Shown piece after piece: positions 36,858 through 46,762 of a stretch of DNA of 64,000 nt. The stretch is from Terriglobales bacterium (lineage in GTDB: Bacteria > Acidobacteriota > Terriglobia > Terriglobales > Acidobacteriaceae), in contig JBKQPN010000102.1 in the NCBI GenBank assembly GCA_052145015.1, forward strand, positions 12,310 through 76,309. The letters run 5' to 3'. Numbering within the stretch: the stretch's first letter is position 1; each line of letters begins with the position of its first letter. Made by a program: the position numbers and the translations under genes. The notes under the pieces were generated by a model. The model did not search any database and had not been told where the DNA came from. It saw nothing but the letters and a program-made list of their open reading frames with translations.

Positions 36858-38834
36858 ATGCGCCTTCTGTTTGCATTTGTTATGTTTGTCCTCATGGCTA
36901 CCAACCTGGTTGCGGAGCAAAATGCCGCCGCGCCCGCCTTCATCACCGACCCGCGGCAGATCCAGAGCAAAGGCAACCCCGACGTGCAGCAATGGCAGCT
37001 CTCCATCGAGAAGCTGTACATGATCCGCCGCGTGGGCGGCACGGCCTGGTCGCACGACGACAAGCAGATCGCCTTTATCTCGAACATCAGCGGCCGCAAC
37101 AATCTGTGGCTGGCGCCGGCCGAGGGCGGCTGGCCGGTGCAGTTGACCATCAGCGACCAGCGCCAGGCTTCGCCCGCCTGGTCGCCCGACGGCAAGTGGA
37201 TCGCCTACATCTCCGACCACGACGGCGACGAGCAGTGGGACATCTTCCTGGTCTCGCCCGCAAACGGCGACGTGGTCAACCTGACCAACACGCCGGCGAT
37301 CTCGGAGGAAAGCCCGGCGTGGGCGCCCGACGGACGCCACCTCACCTACCAGGTGAAGCCGCAGACTTCGTCCACCTACGAGATCGACGTGATGGACATC
37401 CTCACCCGCAAGGTGCGCCACATCACCACGGGTACGCCCGCCGAGCTCGGGAACAATGCTCCCATCTGGTCGCGCGACGGCAAATGGATTGCCTATACGC
37501 AGCAGCACGCCGCCGGCAAGGACTCCAACATCTTCGTCGCCGAGGTCGCGACCGGCAAGAGCACGCTAGTCACGCCGCATGAGGGCGAGCACAACTTCAG
37601 CGCCGCCGACTGGTCAGCCGACGGCAAGAAGCTGCTTATCACCTCCAACGCCGGCAACGGCTACGACAACGTCGGCCTGCTCGACGTGGCTTCGAAGAAG
37701 ATCGACTGGCTGACCGAGGACAAGTGGGAGGTCTCAGCCGGATTCTTTTCACCCGATGGACGCCAAGTCACCTGGACCGTCAACGTGGACGGTAATGTCC
37801 AAGTGGTGCTGCACGAGCTGGCCGCGCACCGCTCGCAGACGCTGCCCCTGCCCGCGGGTGTGAACTCGCTGGGCGGCGCCGAATCGGCGTTCACGCGCGA
37901 CGGCTCACGGCTGCTCTACTATCACAACGGTCCGGATTCGCCGAACGACGTTTGGGTTTACACCTTCGCCGGCAAACGCTCGCACCAGGTGACGCATTCG
38001 CTGGTCGGCGGCGTACGCTCCAGCGACCTGGTAAAACCCTTCCTCGTCCACTACCCCAGCACCGACGGCAAGTGGACCATCTCCGCCTTCGTCTATGTGC
38101 CCTACAACATGCCCCGCGACGGCCGCAATGCCGCTGTCGTATATGTGCACGGCGGGCCGACGGCGCAGACGCAGAACGGCTTCGACCGCATCGTGCAATT
38201 TCTGGCCAACGCCGGCTACCTGGTGATCGCGCCTAACTATCGCGGCTCGACCGGATACGGCAAAGAGTTCATGGACGCCAATCGCTTCGACATGGGCGGC
38301 GGCGACCTCGCCGACGTGGTGGCCGCGGCCGAGTGGATCAAGAAGTCCGGCTATCCCGATCCCCAGAAAATCGTGCTCATGGGCGGCAGCTACGGCGGCT
38401 ACCTAACCATGATGGGCGTCACCAAGGCGCCCGACGAGTGGGCCGCGGGCGTGCCCATCGTGCCCTTCGTCAACTGGTTCACCGAAGTGAAGAACGAAGA
38501 CCCCCTACTGCAGCAGTACGACTTGGCCACCATGGGCGATCCGGAGAAGAACAAGGCACTGTGGGAAGAGCGCTCGCCCATCTTCTTTGTGGACCGCATC
38601 AAGGCGCCGCTGCTGCTGCTGGCCGGAGCGCACGATCCGCGCTGTCCGGAAGAAGAATCCGCACAGGTGGCCGAGGCCATCAAGAAGCGCGGCGGGGTGG
38701 TGGAGTTGAAGGTGTACGAGAACGAGGGCCATGGCTTCGCCCGCATCGAGAACCAGATCGACGCCTACAAGCGCGTAGCCAACTTCCTGAAGAAATACGT
38801 CCCGCCCGCCGATTGCAGTTGCACGCTGGAGTAG
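36858..38834 (+). CDS. S9 family serine peptidase with N-terminal beta-propeller
   Basis: Signal peptide. Repeated WSPDGKWIAY / WAPDGRHLTY / WSRDGKWIAY blades. GGSYGG nucleophile elbow. Confidence 0.85.
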   Translation: MRLLFAFVMFVLMATNLVAEQNAAAPAFITDPRQIQSKGNPDVQQWQLSIEKLYMIRRVGGTAWSHDDKQIAFISNISGRNNLWLAPAEGGWPVQLTISDQRQASPAWSPDGKWIAYISDHDGDEQWDIFLVSPANGDVVNLTNTPAISEESPAWAPDGRHLTYQVKPQTSSTYEIDVMDILTRKVRHITTGTPAELGNNAPIWSRDGKWIAYTQQHAAGKDSNIFVAEVATGKSTLVTPHEGEHNFSAADWSADGKKLLITSNAGNGYDNVGLLDVASKKIDWLTEDKWEVSAGFFSPDGRQVTWTVNVDGNVQVVLHELAAHRSQTLPLPAGVNSLGGAESAFTRDGSRLLYYHNGPDSPNDVWVYTFAGKRSHQVTHSLVGGVRSSDLVKPFLVHYPSTDGKWTISAFVYVPYNMPRDGRNAAVVYVHGGPTAQTQNGFDRIVQFLANAGYLVIAPNYRGSTGYGKEFMDANRFDMGGGDLADVVAAAEWIKKSGYPDPQKIVLMGGSYGGYLTMMGVTKAPDEWAAGVPIVPFVNWFTEVKNEDPLLQQYDLATMGDPEKNKALWEERSPIFFVDRIKAPLLLLAGAHDPRCPEEESAQVAEAIKKRGGVVELKVYENEGHGFARIENQIDAYKRVANFLKKYVPPADCSCTLE

Positions 38835-38836
38835 CC

Positions 38837-38925
38837 GTCAGCAGTCAGCAATCAGCACTCAGCAGTCAGCCTGCAGTGGACCAGGTTTTGCTTTGGCTGA
38901 ATGCTGAGTGCTGAATGCTGAGCGC
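38837..38925. repeat. Hairpin of tandem heptamers (CAGCAnT)
   Basis: 38841..38870 pairs with 38896..38925 at 26/30, 25-nt loop. The right arm creates the spurious upstream start 38915. Confidence 0.9.
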
Positions 38926-38965
38926 TCCCTTGCACCTTCCACCCTGCCTGCCGCATCCATTGCTC

Positions 38966-39964
38966 ATGCACTCAGTTGAATTTCTCTCCGGCCACCAGAC
39001 GCTGGACGACAACGCCCTGCTCGACGCCTACTCGCAGGCGGTGGTTGCGGCGGCCGATAAAATCAGCCCCGCCGTGGTCAACGTGGAAGTACGGCACCGG
39101 GTGGCGACGCCCCAGGGCGCGCGCGAGGCCCGCGGCGGCGGTTCCGGCTTCGTCTTCACGCCGGACGGCTTCCTGCTCACCAACAGCCACGTGGTCCACG
39201 GCGCCGAGCGGATTGACGTTGCGCTGGCCGATGGCCGGCGTCTTCCGGGGACGCTCATCGGCGACGATCCCGGCAGCGATCTGGCCGTCGTGCGCATCGA
39301 CGCCCCCGAGCTGGCGACCGCGGAACTGGGCGACTCGGCGCAGGTGCGCGTGGGACAACTGGTGGTCGCCATCGGCAATCCACTGGGCTTCGAATCCAGC
39401 GTGACCGCGGGCGTGGTCAGCGCGCTTGGGCGCTCGCTGCGCTCCAGCTCCGGCCGCCTGATCGACGACATTATCCAGACCGACGCCGCGCTCAATCCCG
39501 GCAACTCCGGCGGGCCGCTGGTCACTGCCGACGGCCGCGTGGTGGGCGTGAACACCGCGACCATCCGCCCGGCGCAGGGCATCTGCTTCGCCATCGGCAT
39601 TAACACCGCCAAGTTCGTCGCCGGACGGCTGATCCGCGACGGCCGCATCAAGCGCAGCTACATCGGCGTGGTTGGGCAGACCATTTCCCTGCCCCGCAAA
39701 CTGGTGCGCTTCCACGCGCTCGAGCAGGACCGCGGCATCCTGGTGCTCTCGGTCGAGCCGGCGAGCCCGGCGGCTGAGGCGGGAGTGCGGGAGCGCGACA
39801 TCATTGTCTCCTTCGACGGGCAGCGCGTCTCCGGCATCGACGACCTGCAGCGCCTGCTCACCGACGTGCGCATCGGCGCGCTGACCCGGCTGGTGGTGTT
39901 GCGCGGCGCCGAGAAGCTGGAAATCGCGCTGACGCCGCTCGAGACCCCGGAGCCCGCGCGCTGA
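38966..39964 (+). CDS. HtrA/DegP-family trypsin-like serine protease with PDZ domain
   Basis: [21 protein letters not shown] triad motifs. C-terminal PDZ ([18 protein letters not shown]). Confidence 0.85.
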   Translation: MHSVEFLSGHQTLDDNALLDAYSQAVVAAADKISPAVVNVEVRHRVATPQGAREARGGGSGFVFTPDGFLLTNSHVVHGAERIDVALADGRRLPGTLIGDDPGSDLAVVRIDAPELATAELGDSAQVRVGQLVVAIGNPLGFESSVTAGVVSALGRSLRSSSGRLIDDIIQTDAALNPGNSGGPLVTADGRVVGVNTATIRPAQGICFAIGINTAKFVAGRLIRDGRIKRSYIGVVGQTISLPRKLVRFHALEQDRGILVLSVEPASPAAEAGVRERDIIVSFDGQRVSGIDDLQRLLTDVRIGALTRLVVLRGAEKLEIALTPLETPEPAR

Positions 39965-39994
39965 GCTGGGCCACAATTGGTGCATGGGTAAGGG

Positions 39995-40120
39995 GGCACG
40001 CCTTCAGGCGTGCCAAACAAGGGAGGCAGGAAAGTCGGCTTTAGCCGCTGCGGGAATCTCCCTCAGGGCCTAAAGGCCTATTCATCTGGGGAGGCTAGCG
40101 GCACGGGTAGAAGCCGTGCC
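39995..40120. repeat. Cluster of REP-like GC hairpins
   Basis: GGCACGCC-ttca-GGCGTGCC (39995..40014). GGCTTTAGCCGC (40037..40048). GGCC-taaa-GGCC. GGCACGG-gtagaag-CCGTGCC (40100..40120). Confidence 0.75.
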
Positions 40121-40184
40121 CCTTCACCTCTCAAGCACCTGGACACATCAACTGCGGATCTGTTGTAACCGCCAAAGGACTACC

Positions 40185-41333
40185 ATGCACGGATTGGCCG
40201 CCGCCGCAGGCATCGCGATCATCGCGGCCGTCCTGTGGGAGGCCTTCGAGACGGTTGTCCTGCCGCGGCGCGTCACCCGCCATTTCCGCTTCACGCGCCT
40301 GTTCTACCGTGCGACTTGGAAGCCGTGGGCCGCGCTGCTTGGCCACGTGCAGCCGGTGAAGCGCCGCGAATCCTATTTGAGCTACTTCGGCCCGCTGTCG
40401 CTGCTGGGATTGCTCGTGGCCTGGGCGGTGCTGCTGGTAACCGGCTTTGCCTTGTTGCACTGGGCGGCCGGCTCCAGCATGATCGTGGCGACTCCCGGCC
40501 TGCCCGGTGGATTCTGGACCGACCTCTACATGAGCGGCACCACGTTCTTCACCCTGGGACTGGGCGACGTCACCCCGCGCAGCCCGCTGGCGCGCTTTGT
40601 CACTGTGGTGGAGTCGGGGATGGGTTTCGGCTTTCTGGCGCTGGTGATTGGCTATCTGCCCACGATTTTTCAGGCGTTTTCGCGGCGCGAGGTCAACATC
40701 ACGCTGCTGGATGCGCGCGCCGGCTCACCGCCGTCCGCGGTCGAACTGCTGCGGCGACACGCGTCCGACCATGGCCGGGAAGCGTTGCATGAGTTGTTGC
40801 GCGATTGGGAGCGCTGGTCGGCCGAACTGCTGGAGAGCCACCTCTCCTACCCCGTGCTCTGCTATTTCCGCTCGCAGCACGATAACCAGAACTGGCTGGC
40901 CGCGCTGACCACCATCCTCGATACCTGCGCGCTGGCGATCGTCGGGATGGAGAACATGCCCCGGCGCCAGGCCCAGCTCACCTTTGCCGTGGCGCGGCAT
41001 GCGGTCGTGGATCTGGCACAGATCTTCAGCGCCGCGCCCGCGTATGGGCACGAGCGGCTGGCCGCGGAGCAGATGTCCGAATTGCGCACCGCCCTGGCGG
41101 AAGCGGGATGGAAGCTGGAAGAGGGCAGCGCCGCTGAAGCCAAGCTGGACAAGCTGCGCGGGATGTATGAACCGTATGTCCACGCGCTCGGCCACTACTT
41201 GCATTTCACGCTGCCGGGCTGGTTCCCGCCAGCCAGCCATCGCGACAACTGGCAGACCAGCGCCTGGGGACGCATCTCGGGCGGCATCGCTGAGCCGGCT
41301 TCGGTCGAAGCCCGGCAGGACGACCACTTCTGA
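40185..41333 (+). CDS. Potassium-channel-like ion transport protein
   Basis: ATG at 40185. Pore motif TFFTLGLGDVTP between TM helices. Long soluble C-terminal domain of unknown function. Confidence 0.65.
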   Translation: MHGLAAAAGIAIIAAVLWEAFETVVLPRRVTRHFRFTRLFYRATWKPWAALLGHVQPVKRRESYLSYFGPLSLLGLLVAWAVLLVTGFALLHWAAGSSMIVATPGLPGGFWTDLYMSGTTFFTLGLGDVTPRSPLARFVTVVESGMGFGFLALVIGYLPTIFQAFSRREVNITLLDARAGSPPSAVELLRRHASDHGREALHELLRDWERWSAELLESHLSYPVLCYFRSQHDNQNWLAALTTILDTCALAIVGMENMPRRQAQLTFAVARHAVVDLAQIFSAAPAYGHERLAAEQMSELRTALAEAGWKLEEGSAAEAKLDKLRGMYEPYVHALGHYLHFTLPGWFPPASHRDNWQTSAWGRISGGIAEPASVEARQDDHF

Positions 41334-41344
41334 ATTTCAGCAGG

Positions 41345-41421
41345 AACGCCACGGATGAGCACGGATGAAACACGGATAGGAGTCCAATCCGTGACGATCC
41401 GTGCTAATCCGTGGCGTTTTT
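41345..41421. repeat. Hairpin of tandem CACGGATGA units followed by T5 (terminator-like) between convergent genes
   Basis: Left arm 41345..41377, 9-nt loop, right arm 41387..41418. Paired blocks of 12 + 9 + 7 bp. TTTTT at 41417..41421. Confidence 0.9.
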
Positions 41422-41430
41422 GCCGCAGAG

Positions 41431-42243
41431 CTATTTGCGCTCCACCAGCGCTTTTACCAGCCCAGGGATGGTGAATTCCTGTGCCTCCACGTCCACCGGC
41501 AACCCCAGTTCGCGCAGCGTCGCCGAGGTCACCGGGCCGATGGAGACGGTGGCAATGCCATGAAGTAATTTGGCCGGCTCATCGGAACCCAGCAGGACCA
41601 CGAAGTTCCGCACCGTCGATGAACTGGTGAAGGTCACGGCCGTCGGGCGCTGGCGTGGATCGCTCAGCACCTTCTGCAGGCGCGCGCGCGACTCCTCCGG
41701 CACCACCGTCTCGTAAGCCTCGACCACGTGCACCCGCGCGCCCGCCTTGCGCAGCTCCTCCGGGATCACGTCGCGCGCCACCTTGGCGCGCACCAGCAGC
41801 ACCCGCTGGCCGCGCACCTGCTCCCACAGCGCTTCCACGACGGATTCCGCGACGTACTTCTCGGGCACCACGTCCACCGGCAGACCGTGCTCCTCGATCT
41901 TCTCGCGCGTAGCCGGACCGATGGCGGCGATGTTGAGGTGCAGCAGCTTCTCCGGGCCGAATCCCAGCTTCTCCATGCGAGCAAACAGCGCTTCCACGCC
42001 GTTGACGCTGGTCAGGATGAGCCAGTCGTAGTTCTCGATGTTGTTGAGCGTGGCGTCGAGCGCTACGTAAGACGCCGGCGGACGGATCTCGATGGCGGGG
42101 ATCTCGACCACCGCCGCTCCCAGCGCTTCCAGTTCCTCGGCCAGGCTGCCAGCCTGGTCCTTGGCGCGGGTGATGAGCACGCGCTCACCGGCCAGCGGCT
42201 TCTCGGCTGCGTGCGAACGTTTAGGTTGGGATTTGCCGCTCAT
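41431..42243 (-). CDS. hemD: Uroporphyrinogen-III synthase
   Basis: 270 aa. HEM4-like ([26 protein letters not shown]). ATGA overlap with the hemC stop. Confidence 0.85.
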   Translation of the reverse strand: MSGKSQPKRSHAAEKPLAGERVLITRAKDQAGSLAEELEALGAAVVEIPAIEIRPPASYVALDATLNNIENYDWLILTSVNGVEALFARMEKLGFGPEKLLHLNIAAIGPATREKIEEHGLPVDVVPEKYVAESVVEALWEQVRGQRVLLVRAKVARDVIPEELRKAGARVHVVEAYETVVPEESRARLQKVLSDPRQRPTAVTFTSSSTVRNFVVLLGSDEPAKLLHGIATVSIGPVTSATLRELGLPVDVEAQEFTIPGLVKALVERK

Positions 42244-43175
42244 GGCTGTTGCGGCGCTGCCGCCGCCTCTCCATACACCGCGCGCAGGATAGCTTCGGCG
42301 CCGCGCGCCAGCAGTCTCTTGCCCACGCGCACGCCCAGTTCTTCGGGATCGCTGCCCGTCTGCTGCTCGCGCAGCACCTCGGAGCCATCCGGCTGGGCCA
42401 CGATGGCGGTCAGCTTCAGCGCGCCGTCCACAGCTTCAGCATACGCTCCGATGGGTACCTGGCAGCCGCCGCCCAGGGTTCGCAGCAGCGCGCGCTCAGC
42501 ACTGGTGGTGCGGCGGGCGGCGATGTCATCGAGGAAAGCCAACTGCTTCACCGTGGCGGCATCGTCCGCGCGGGCTTCAATGCCCAACGCTCCCTGACCC
42601 ACGGCCGGACACATGACGTCCACCGGCAGGACTTCGCGCACCCGCTCGGTGCGTTCCAGGCGATTGAGGCCGGCGGCGGCCAGGATGATGGCGTCGAACT
42701 CTCCACTCTCCAGCTTGCGCAGCCGCGTGTCCACGTTGCCGCGCAGGGGAAAGATGTTCAGGTCCGGCCGCACCGCCTTGATCTGGGCCTGCCGCCTCAG
42801 GCTGCTGGTACCGACGCGCCCGCCCTGGGGCAGTTCGGTGAACCGGCTGTAGCGCAGCGAGAGAAAGACGTCGCGCGGGTCCTGACGCGTCATCACCGCG
42901 GCCAGCGTGAAGGTGGTCGCCAGCTCCGTCGGCAGGTCCTTCAGGCTGTGGACGGCCAGGTGTACGCGCCGCTCGGCCAGCGCTTCTTCGATCTCCTTGG
43001 TGAACATGCCCTTGGTCCCAACCTGCGCCAGAGCGACCTCGGTGATCTTGTCGCCGGTGGTCTTGATGACCTCGATCTCGACCTGATGCCCCTCCGCGCG
43101 CAACAGGCCGGAGACGTGGTTGGCCTGCCACAAGGCCAGTTGCGACCCCCGCGAGCCAATGCGCAGCTTCGCCAT
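42240..43175 (-). CDS. hemC: Hydroxymethylbilane synthase (porphobilinogen deaminase)
   Basis: [33 protein letters not shown]. Confidence 0.95.
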   Translation of the reverse strand: MAKLRIGSRGSQLALWQANHVSGLLRAEGHQVEIEVIKTTGDKITEVALAQVGTKGMFTKEIEEALAERRVHLAVHSLKDLPTELATTFTLAAVMTRQDPRDVFLSLRYSRFTELPQGGRVGTSSLRRQAQIKAVRPDLNIFPLRGNVDTRLRKLESGEFDAIILAAAGLNRLERTERVREVLPVDVMCPAVGQGALGIEARADDAATVKQLAFLDDIAARRTTSAERALLRTLGGGCQVPIGAYAEAVDGALKLTAIVAQPDGSEVLREQQTGSDPEELGVRVGKRLLARGAEAILRAVYGEAAAAPQQP

Positions 43176-44468
43176 CTAGTCCTTGGAGCCGTCGGTGGCG
43201 GCTTTGCTTTTGTCTTCGAGGTTGAAGATGCGGCGGATCAGCTCCACCACCGGGCCTTCGCCCTGGTCGCGCGCGGCGCTTTTCAGGGTGGTGATGGGAG
43301 TGTGCAGGATCTTGTTGATGATGCCGCGGGTAAGCGCCTCGATCGCCGCATCCTGCTCGGGCGTGGTCTGGCCGAAGCGTCCGCGCAGGCGCTCGACTTC
43401 CGCCTGGCGTATGTTTTCCAGGTGCTCCTGCAAGGAGACGATGGTGGGCACCACGTGGCTGGTCTGCAGGCGCGCGGCGAAGCGCTCAACCTCGGTGTCG
43501 ATGATCTGCTCGGCGCGCTCCGCCTCTTTTTTGCGGTCGGCCACGTGCGCCGACGCCACCTGTTGCAGGTCGTCGATGTCATAGACGAAGATGCCGTCCA
43601 GCTCGTTCATCGCCGGATCGACGTCGCGGGGCACGGCGATGTCGATAAAGAACATGGGACGGTTCTTGCGGCGGGCCAGGAAGCGCTCGCCGTGCTCGCG
43701 GCGGAAGATGGCGTGCGGCGCCCCGGTGGAGGTGATGACAATGTCGGCCTTGTCGGCGGTCTCGTAGAGCTTGTCGAAGTGGATGGCGTTGCCGTGGAAG
43801 CGCTCCGCCATCTCCAGCGCCTTTTCGTACGTGCGGTTGGCTACGAAGATGGACCCGGCGCCGTGCGCCAGCAGGTGCCGCGCCGCCAGTTCGCTCATCT
43901 TCCCCGCGCCGATCAGGTACACGGCGCGCCCTTCGAGCGAGCCAAAAATCTTCTGCGCCAGCTCCACCGCTACTGAAGCCACCGACACCGCCGAGGTCCC
44001 GATGGCGGTCTCGGAGCGCACCCGCTTGGCCACGGCGAAAGCGCGGGTGACCAGCGCGTCCAGGTGCGAGTTGATGGCGCCCACGCCGCGGGCCACCGCG
44101 TAGGCCTGCTTCACCTGTCCCAGGATCTGCGGCTCGCCCACCACCATGGAGTCCAGGCTGGAGGTCACGCGGAACAGGTGCCGCACCGCCTCGCGCTCGC
44201 GGTATTCGTAGAGGTGCTGCTCCACCGTGCAGGGCTCGACCTGGAAGTATTCGCGGATGAAGCTGCGCAGGTCGGCGGTGCCGTTCTGTGCGCGCGCCAC
44301 GAGTTCCACCCGGTTGCAGGTGGAGACAATCATCGCTTCCTCAATGCCGGCGTGCCCGGCCAGCCGCTTGGTGGCTTCCGGCAGGCGCGATTCGGGGATG
44401 GCCAGCCGCTCGCGCACCTCGACCGGCGCCGTCTTGTGGTTCACGCCGATGAGCAGGAAGCGGTTCAT
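43176..44468 (-). CDS. hemA: Glutamyl-tRNA reductase
   Basis: Internal ATG at 44468 of track ORF 43176..45395 gives MNRFLLIGVNHKTAPVEVRE. STCNRVE, LIGAGKM. Confidence 0.95.
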   Translation of the reverse strand: MNRFLLIGVNHKTAPVEVRERLAIPESRLPEATKRLAGHAGIEEAMIVSTCNRVELVARAQNGTADLRSFIREYFQVEPCTVEQHLYEYREREAVRHLFRVTSSLDSMVVGEPQILGQVKQAYAVARGVGAINSHLDALVTRAFAVAKRVRSETAIGTSAVSVASVAVELAQKIFGSLEGRAVYLIGAGKMSELAARHLLAHGAGSIFVANRTYEKALEMAERFHGNAIHFDKLYETADKADIVITSTGAPHAIFRREHGERFLARRKNRPMFFIDIAVPRDVDPAMNELDGIFVYDIDDLQQVASAHVADRKKEAERAEQIIDTEVERFAARLQTSHVVPTIVSLQEHLENIRQAEVERLRGRFGQTTPEQDAAIEALTRGIINKILHTPITTLKSAARDQGEGPVVELIRRIFNLEDKSKAATDGSKD

Positions 44469-45280
44469 GGGGCGATAAACCTGTGCACGCCGCTGACGTA
44501 ATTCGCCGCCCAGGCCAGGATGGCCGCCAGGAACGCGAAGGTCGAAAGATACGCCGCCTTCCGTCCGCGCCAGCCCGAGTTCCAGCGCGTGTACACCAGC
44601 AGCATGTACACCGCGTACATCAGCAGCGAGAGCACGATCTTGGGATCGAGGAAGTAGTGCGAGCCGAACTCCGACTGCGCGATCACCGACCCGGCCACGA
44701 TCCCGAAGGTCATGAAGGGAAAGCCGAGCAGGAGCGAGCGGTAGCCCATCTGGTCGATGACTTCCAGCGCCGGCAGCCGCGACATCAGCCCGCCCCCCCG
44801 CTTCGACTTCAGCGTCCGCTCCTGCAGCAGGTAGAGCAAGCTTGCGGCGAAGCTGAAGAAAAGCGCGGCGTAGCCGATGAAGATCAGCGCGACGTGTACC
44901 AGGATCCAGCCGCTGCGCAGCACCGGCGAAGTAAACTGCGGCGGCTTCAGCCCTACCGCCGCCGAGAACGTCAGCAGAAACACCAGCGGGAAGACGAAGA
45001 TCCCCGGGGCGGTGGTGCGGTAGCGCACATAGACCACGGTGAAGAACACCATGATGAGGAACGCCAGCAGGGATTCCGAGGTGTGGATCGAATCCGGCAT
45101 CAGGCGGCCCACGTTGACGTAGTGCTCGGTGAGCGAGACGAAGTGCAGCACGAAGGCGATGCCGATCACCGGCATGATGATGCGGGAGATGATCTCGTGG
45201 CGTCGGACCAGGGCCAGCAGGGCATAGAGCAGTCCCAGGCCGTAAAAGCCCACCGCGACGCGCAACCAGAACAGGGGCAT
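44465..45280 (-). CDS. Cytochrome c assembly (CcsA/HemX-like) membrane protein
   Basis: 271 aa, about 8 TM helices, Trp-rich C-terminal region. ATGA overlap with the hemA start, analogous to Bacillus hemX. Confidence 0.75.
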   Translation of the reverse strand: MPLFWLRVAVGFYGLGLLYALLALVRRHEIISRIIMPVIGIAFVLHFVSLTEHYVNVGRLMPDSIHTSESLLAFLIMVFFTVVYVRYRTTAPGIFVFPLVFLLTFSAAVGLKPPQFTSPVLRSGWILVHVALIFIGYAALFFSFAASLLYLLQERTLKSKRGGGLMSRLPALEVIDQMGYRSLLLGFPFMTFGIVAGSVIAQSEFGSHYFLDPKIVLSLLMYAVYMLLVYTRWNSGWRGRKAAYLSTFAFLAAILAWAANYVSGVHRFIAP

Positions 45281-45466
45281 AAGCTCTCAGTTTCCGCCGC
45301 GCAGACCGGCCCCACTCCGGACGGGCTGCCCCAGGCGGGATGCTCAAAGGATTATAGTAGGGACCGCGCTCAACCGGCAGTAGGCCCGCAATCACAGGGG
45401 GGTGTGACCGTTGTCACACCGAGCCATGCCCGAGCGGCCACATGAATGCCAGTGTGCATTTCAGAT

Positions 45467-45496
45467 CGCACGATCACCCGATCACCCGATTCCGAG
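45467..45496. repeat. ATCGGGTS-unit array, one-armed, reverse orientation
   Basis: cgcacgat cacccgat cacccgat tccgag. Overlaps the last codons (..LGIG) of ORF 45482..45853. Confidence 0.8.
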
Positions 45497-45853
45497 CGGC
45501 TCCAGCAGCTCCCTGATGTTCTCGCCGTCGATCACCAGCCTCCGGCCGTGCTCGATCATCCCTTCCACCTCGTCAAAGGCGCGCAGCAGGCGCATCTTGG
45601 CGGCGGCGTACTGCTCCGTCTCGGTGAGCTCGCGGCCGTGCGCGGCGCCCCAGGCCCGTAGCGCTTCCGGCTTCAGGAAGACGCTGGTGGAAAACGTGGT
45701 CTTGCGGTCGGCGCTGACGTCGAAGATGAACTCGGTGGCTCCGGTGTCCGGCGGCGGCGCCGGGCGCTTGCCCACGAAGTAGTACTGGTACACGTAGCCG
45801 GTGGCCCCGGTGTAGGTCTTCATGCGGCGGACGGGCGCGGGCTCCGGCTTCAT
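45482..45853 (-). CDS. Hypothetical protein (123 aa)
   Basis: ORF with protein-like composition. No recognised family. ATG for MKTYTG is an alternative start. Confidence 0.5.
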   Translation of the reverse strand: MKPEPAPVRRMKTYTGATGYVYQYYFVGKRPAPPPDTGATEFIFDVSADRKTTFSTSVFLKPEALRAWGAAHGRELTETEQYAAAKMRLLRAFDEVEGMIEHGRRLVIDGENIRELLEPLGIG

Positions 45854-45947
45854 GCCAACAGTTTATAACGCTTGCAGGCGGCTGCGGGCTTTTGCCATAT
45901 ACAATCCCGACGTTCTGAGCTAATGCCACCGGCTGAGGGAAGGACTT

Positions 45948-46373
45948 ATGGACACCAATCCAGCAAACGACGATGACGTGAAGGCGATCAAGAAGCTGGG
46001 AGCGGACTATTTCGGAGCGGCAAACGCCGGGGATCCGGATGGATGTGCGGCCACGATGGCTCCCGATGTAGTCATCATGCCTCCGAATCGGCTTCCCATC
46101 GTCGGCAAAGACGAGATTCGCCGCCTCGCCCACGATTATCACGCCACGTTTGAACTAAAATACGCCCTGGATTACGATGAGGTCGAAACCGCGGGGAATT
46201 TGGGATTTGCTCGCGCGACTGTAACCGGTACGCGAACATCCAAGTCTGACGGCGGGGTTGAACAGGTAAGCGTGCAGAACCTTTGGATTCTTAAACGGCA
46301 GGCCGATGGTAAATGGAAGTTCTGGCGCATTATGTTTAACAGCACGGTTTCCCCGCAAACACCTAAGTTTTGA
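45948..46373 (+). CDS. SnoaL/DUF4440-like (NTF2 fold) protein
   Basis: 141 aa. The pattern ...ADYFGAANAGDPDGCAATMAPDVVIMPPN...GKWKFWRIMFNS is typical of NTF2-like proteins. Confidence 0.65.
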   Translation: MDTNPANDDDVKAIKKLGADYFGAANAGDPDGCAATMAPDVVIMPPNRLPIVGKDEIRRLAHDYHATFELKYALDYDEVETAGNLGFARATVTGTRTSKSDGGVEQVSVQNLWILKRQADGKWKFWRIMFNSTVSPQTPKF

Positions 46374-46397
46374 GAATTCCCGCCTAAGGAGAGTGCG

Positions 46398-46637
46398 ATG
46401 GCTGAACCGACCTACGAGGAGCTGAAGGCAAAGCTGACGGAACTGGAGCGCAAGGGCACACGCGCGGGCGCGCTGGAATTCCGCGTTGGTGAAAAAGGAG
46501 GGGTCAGCGTGTACGGTCTCGGCCGCTTTCCGGTGACCCTCTACTACGAGCAGTGGATCCGCTTGCTGGACGCCAGCGCAGACTTGCGGGCATTCCTGGA
46601 AAACAATAAAGACAAACTGAAGCTGAAGCAGAAGTGA
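46398..46637 (+). CDS. Small hypothetical protein (79 aa)
   Basis: AAGGAGAG upstream. Coiled N-terminus, then GEKGGVSVYGLGRFPVTLYYEQW. Confidence 0.5.
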   Translation: MAEPTYEELKAKLTELERKGTRAGALEFRVGEKGGVSVYGLGRFPVTLYYEQWIRLLDASADLRAFLENNKDKLKLKQK

Positions 46638-46762
46638 AACCCGGGTCCGGTTGATGGGACCCACCCGCATGCGTCCAGACCGGCGGCCGGCGCTTGCCAA
46701 CCTCCGCCGAGTGGCCTATAGTCCGCGCTGCATTTCAATCGCAACTCAGGGAGAGAAAAAAG

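Noticed and set aside
42249-43976. 575-aa plus-strand ORF
   Set aside because: Antisense to hemC/hemA. Low-complexity translation.
44469-45395. Upstream 309 codons of ORF 43176..45395
   Set aside because: It overlaps the CcsA-like gene in another frame with an Arg/Pro/Gly-rich translation. hemA starts at MNRFLLIGVNHKTAPV (44468).
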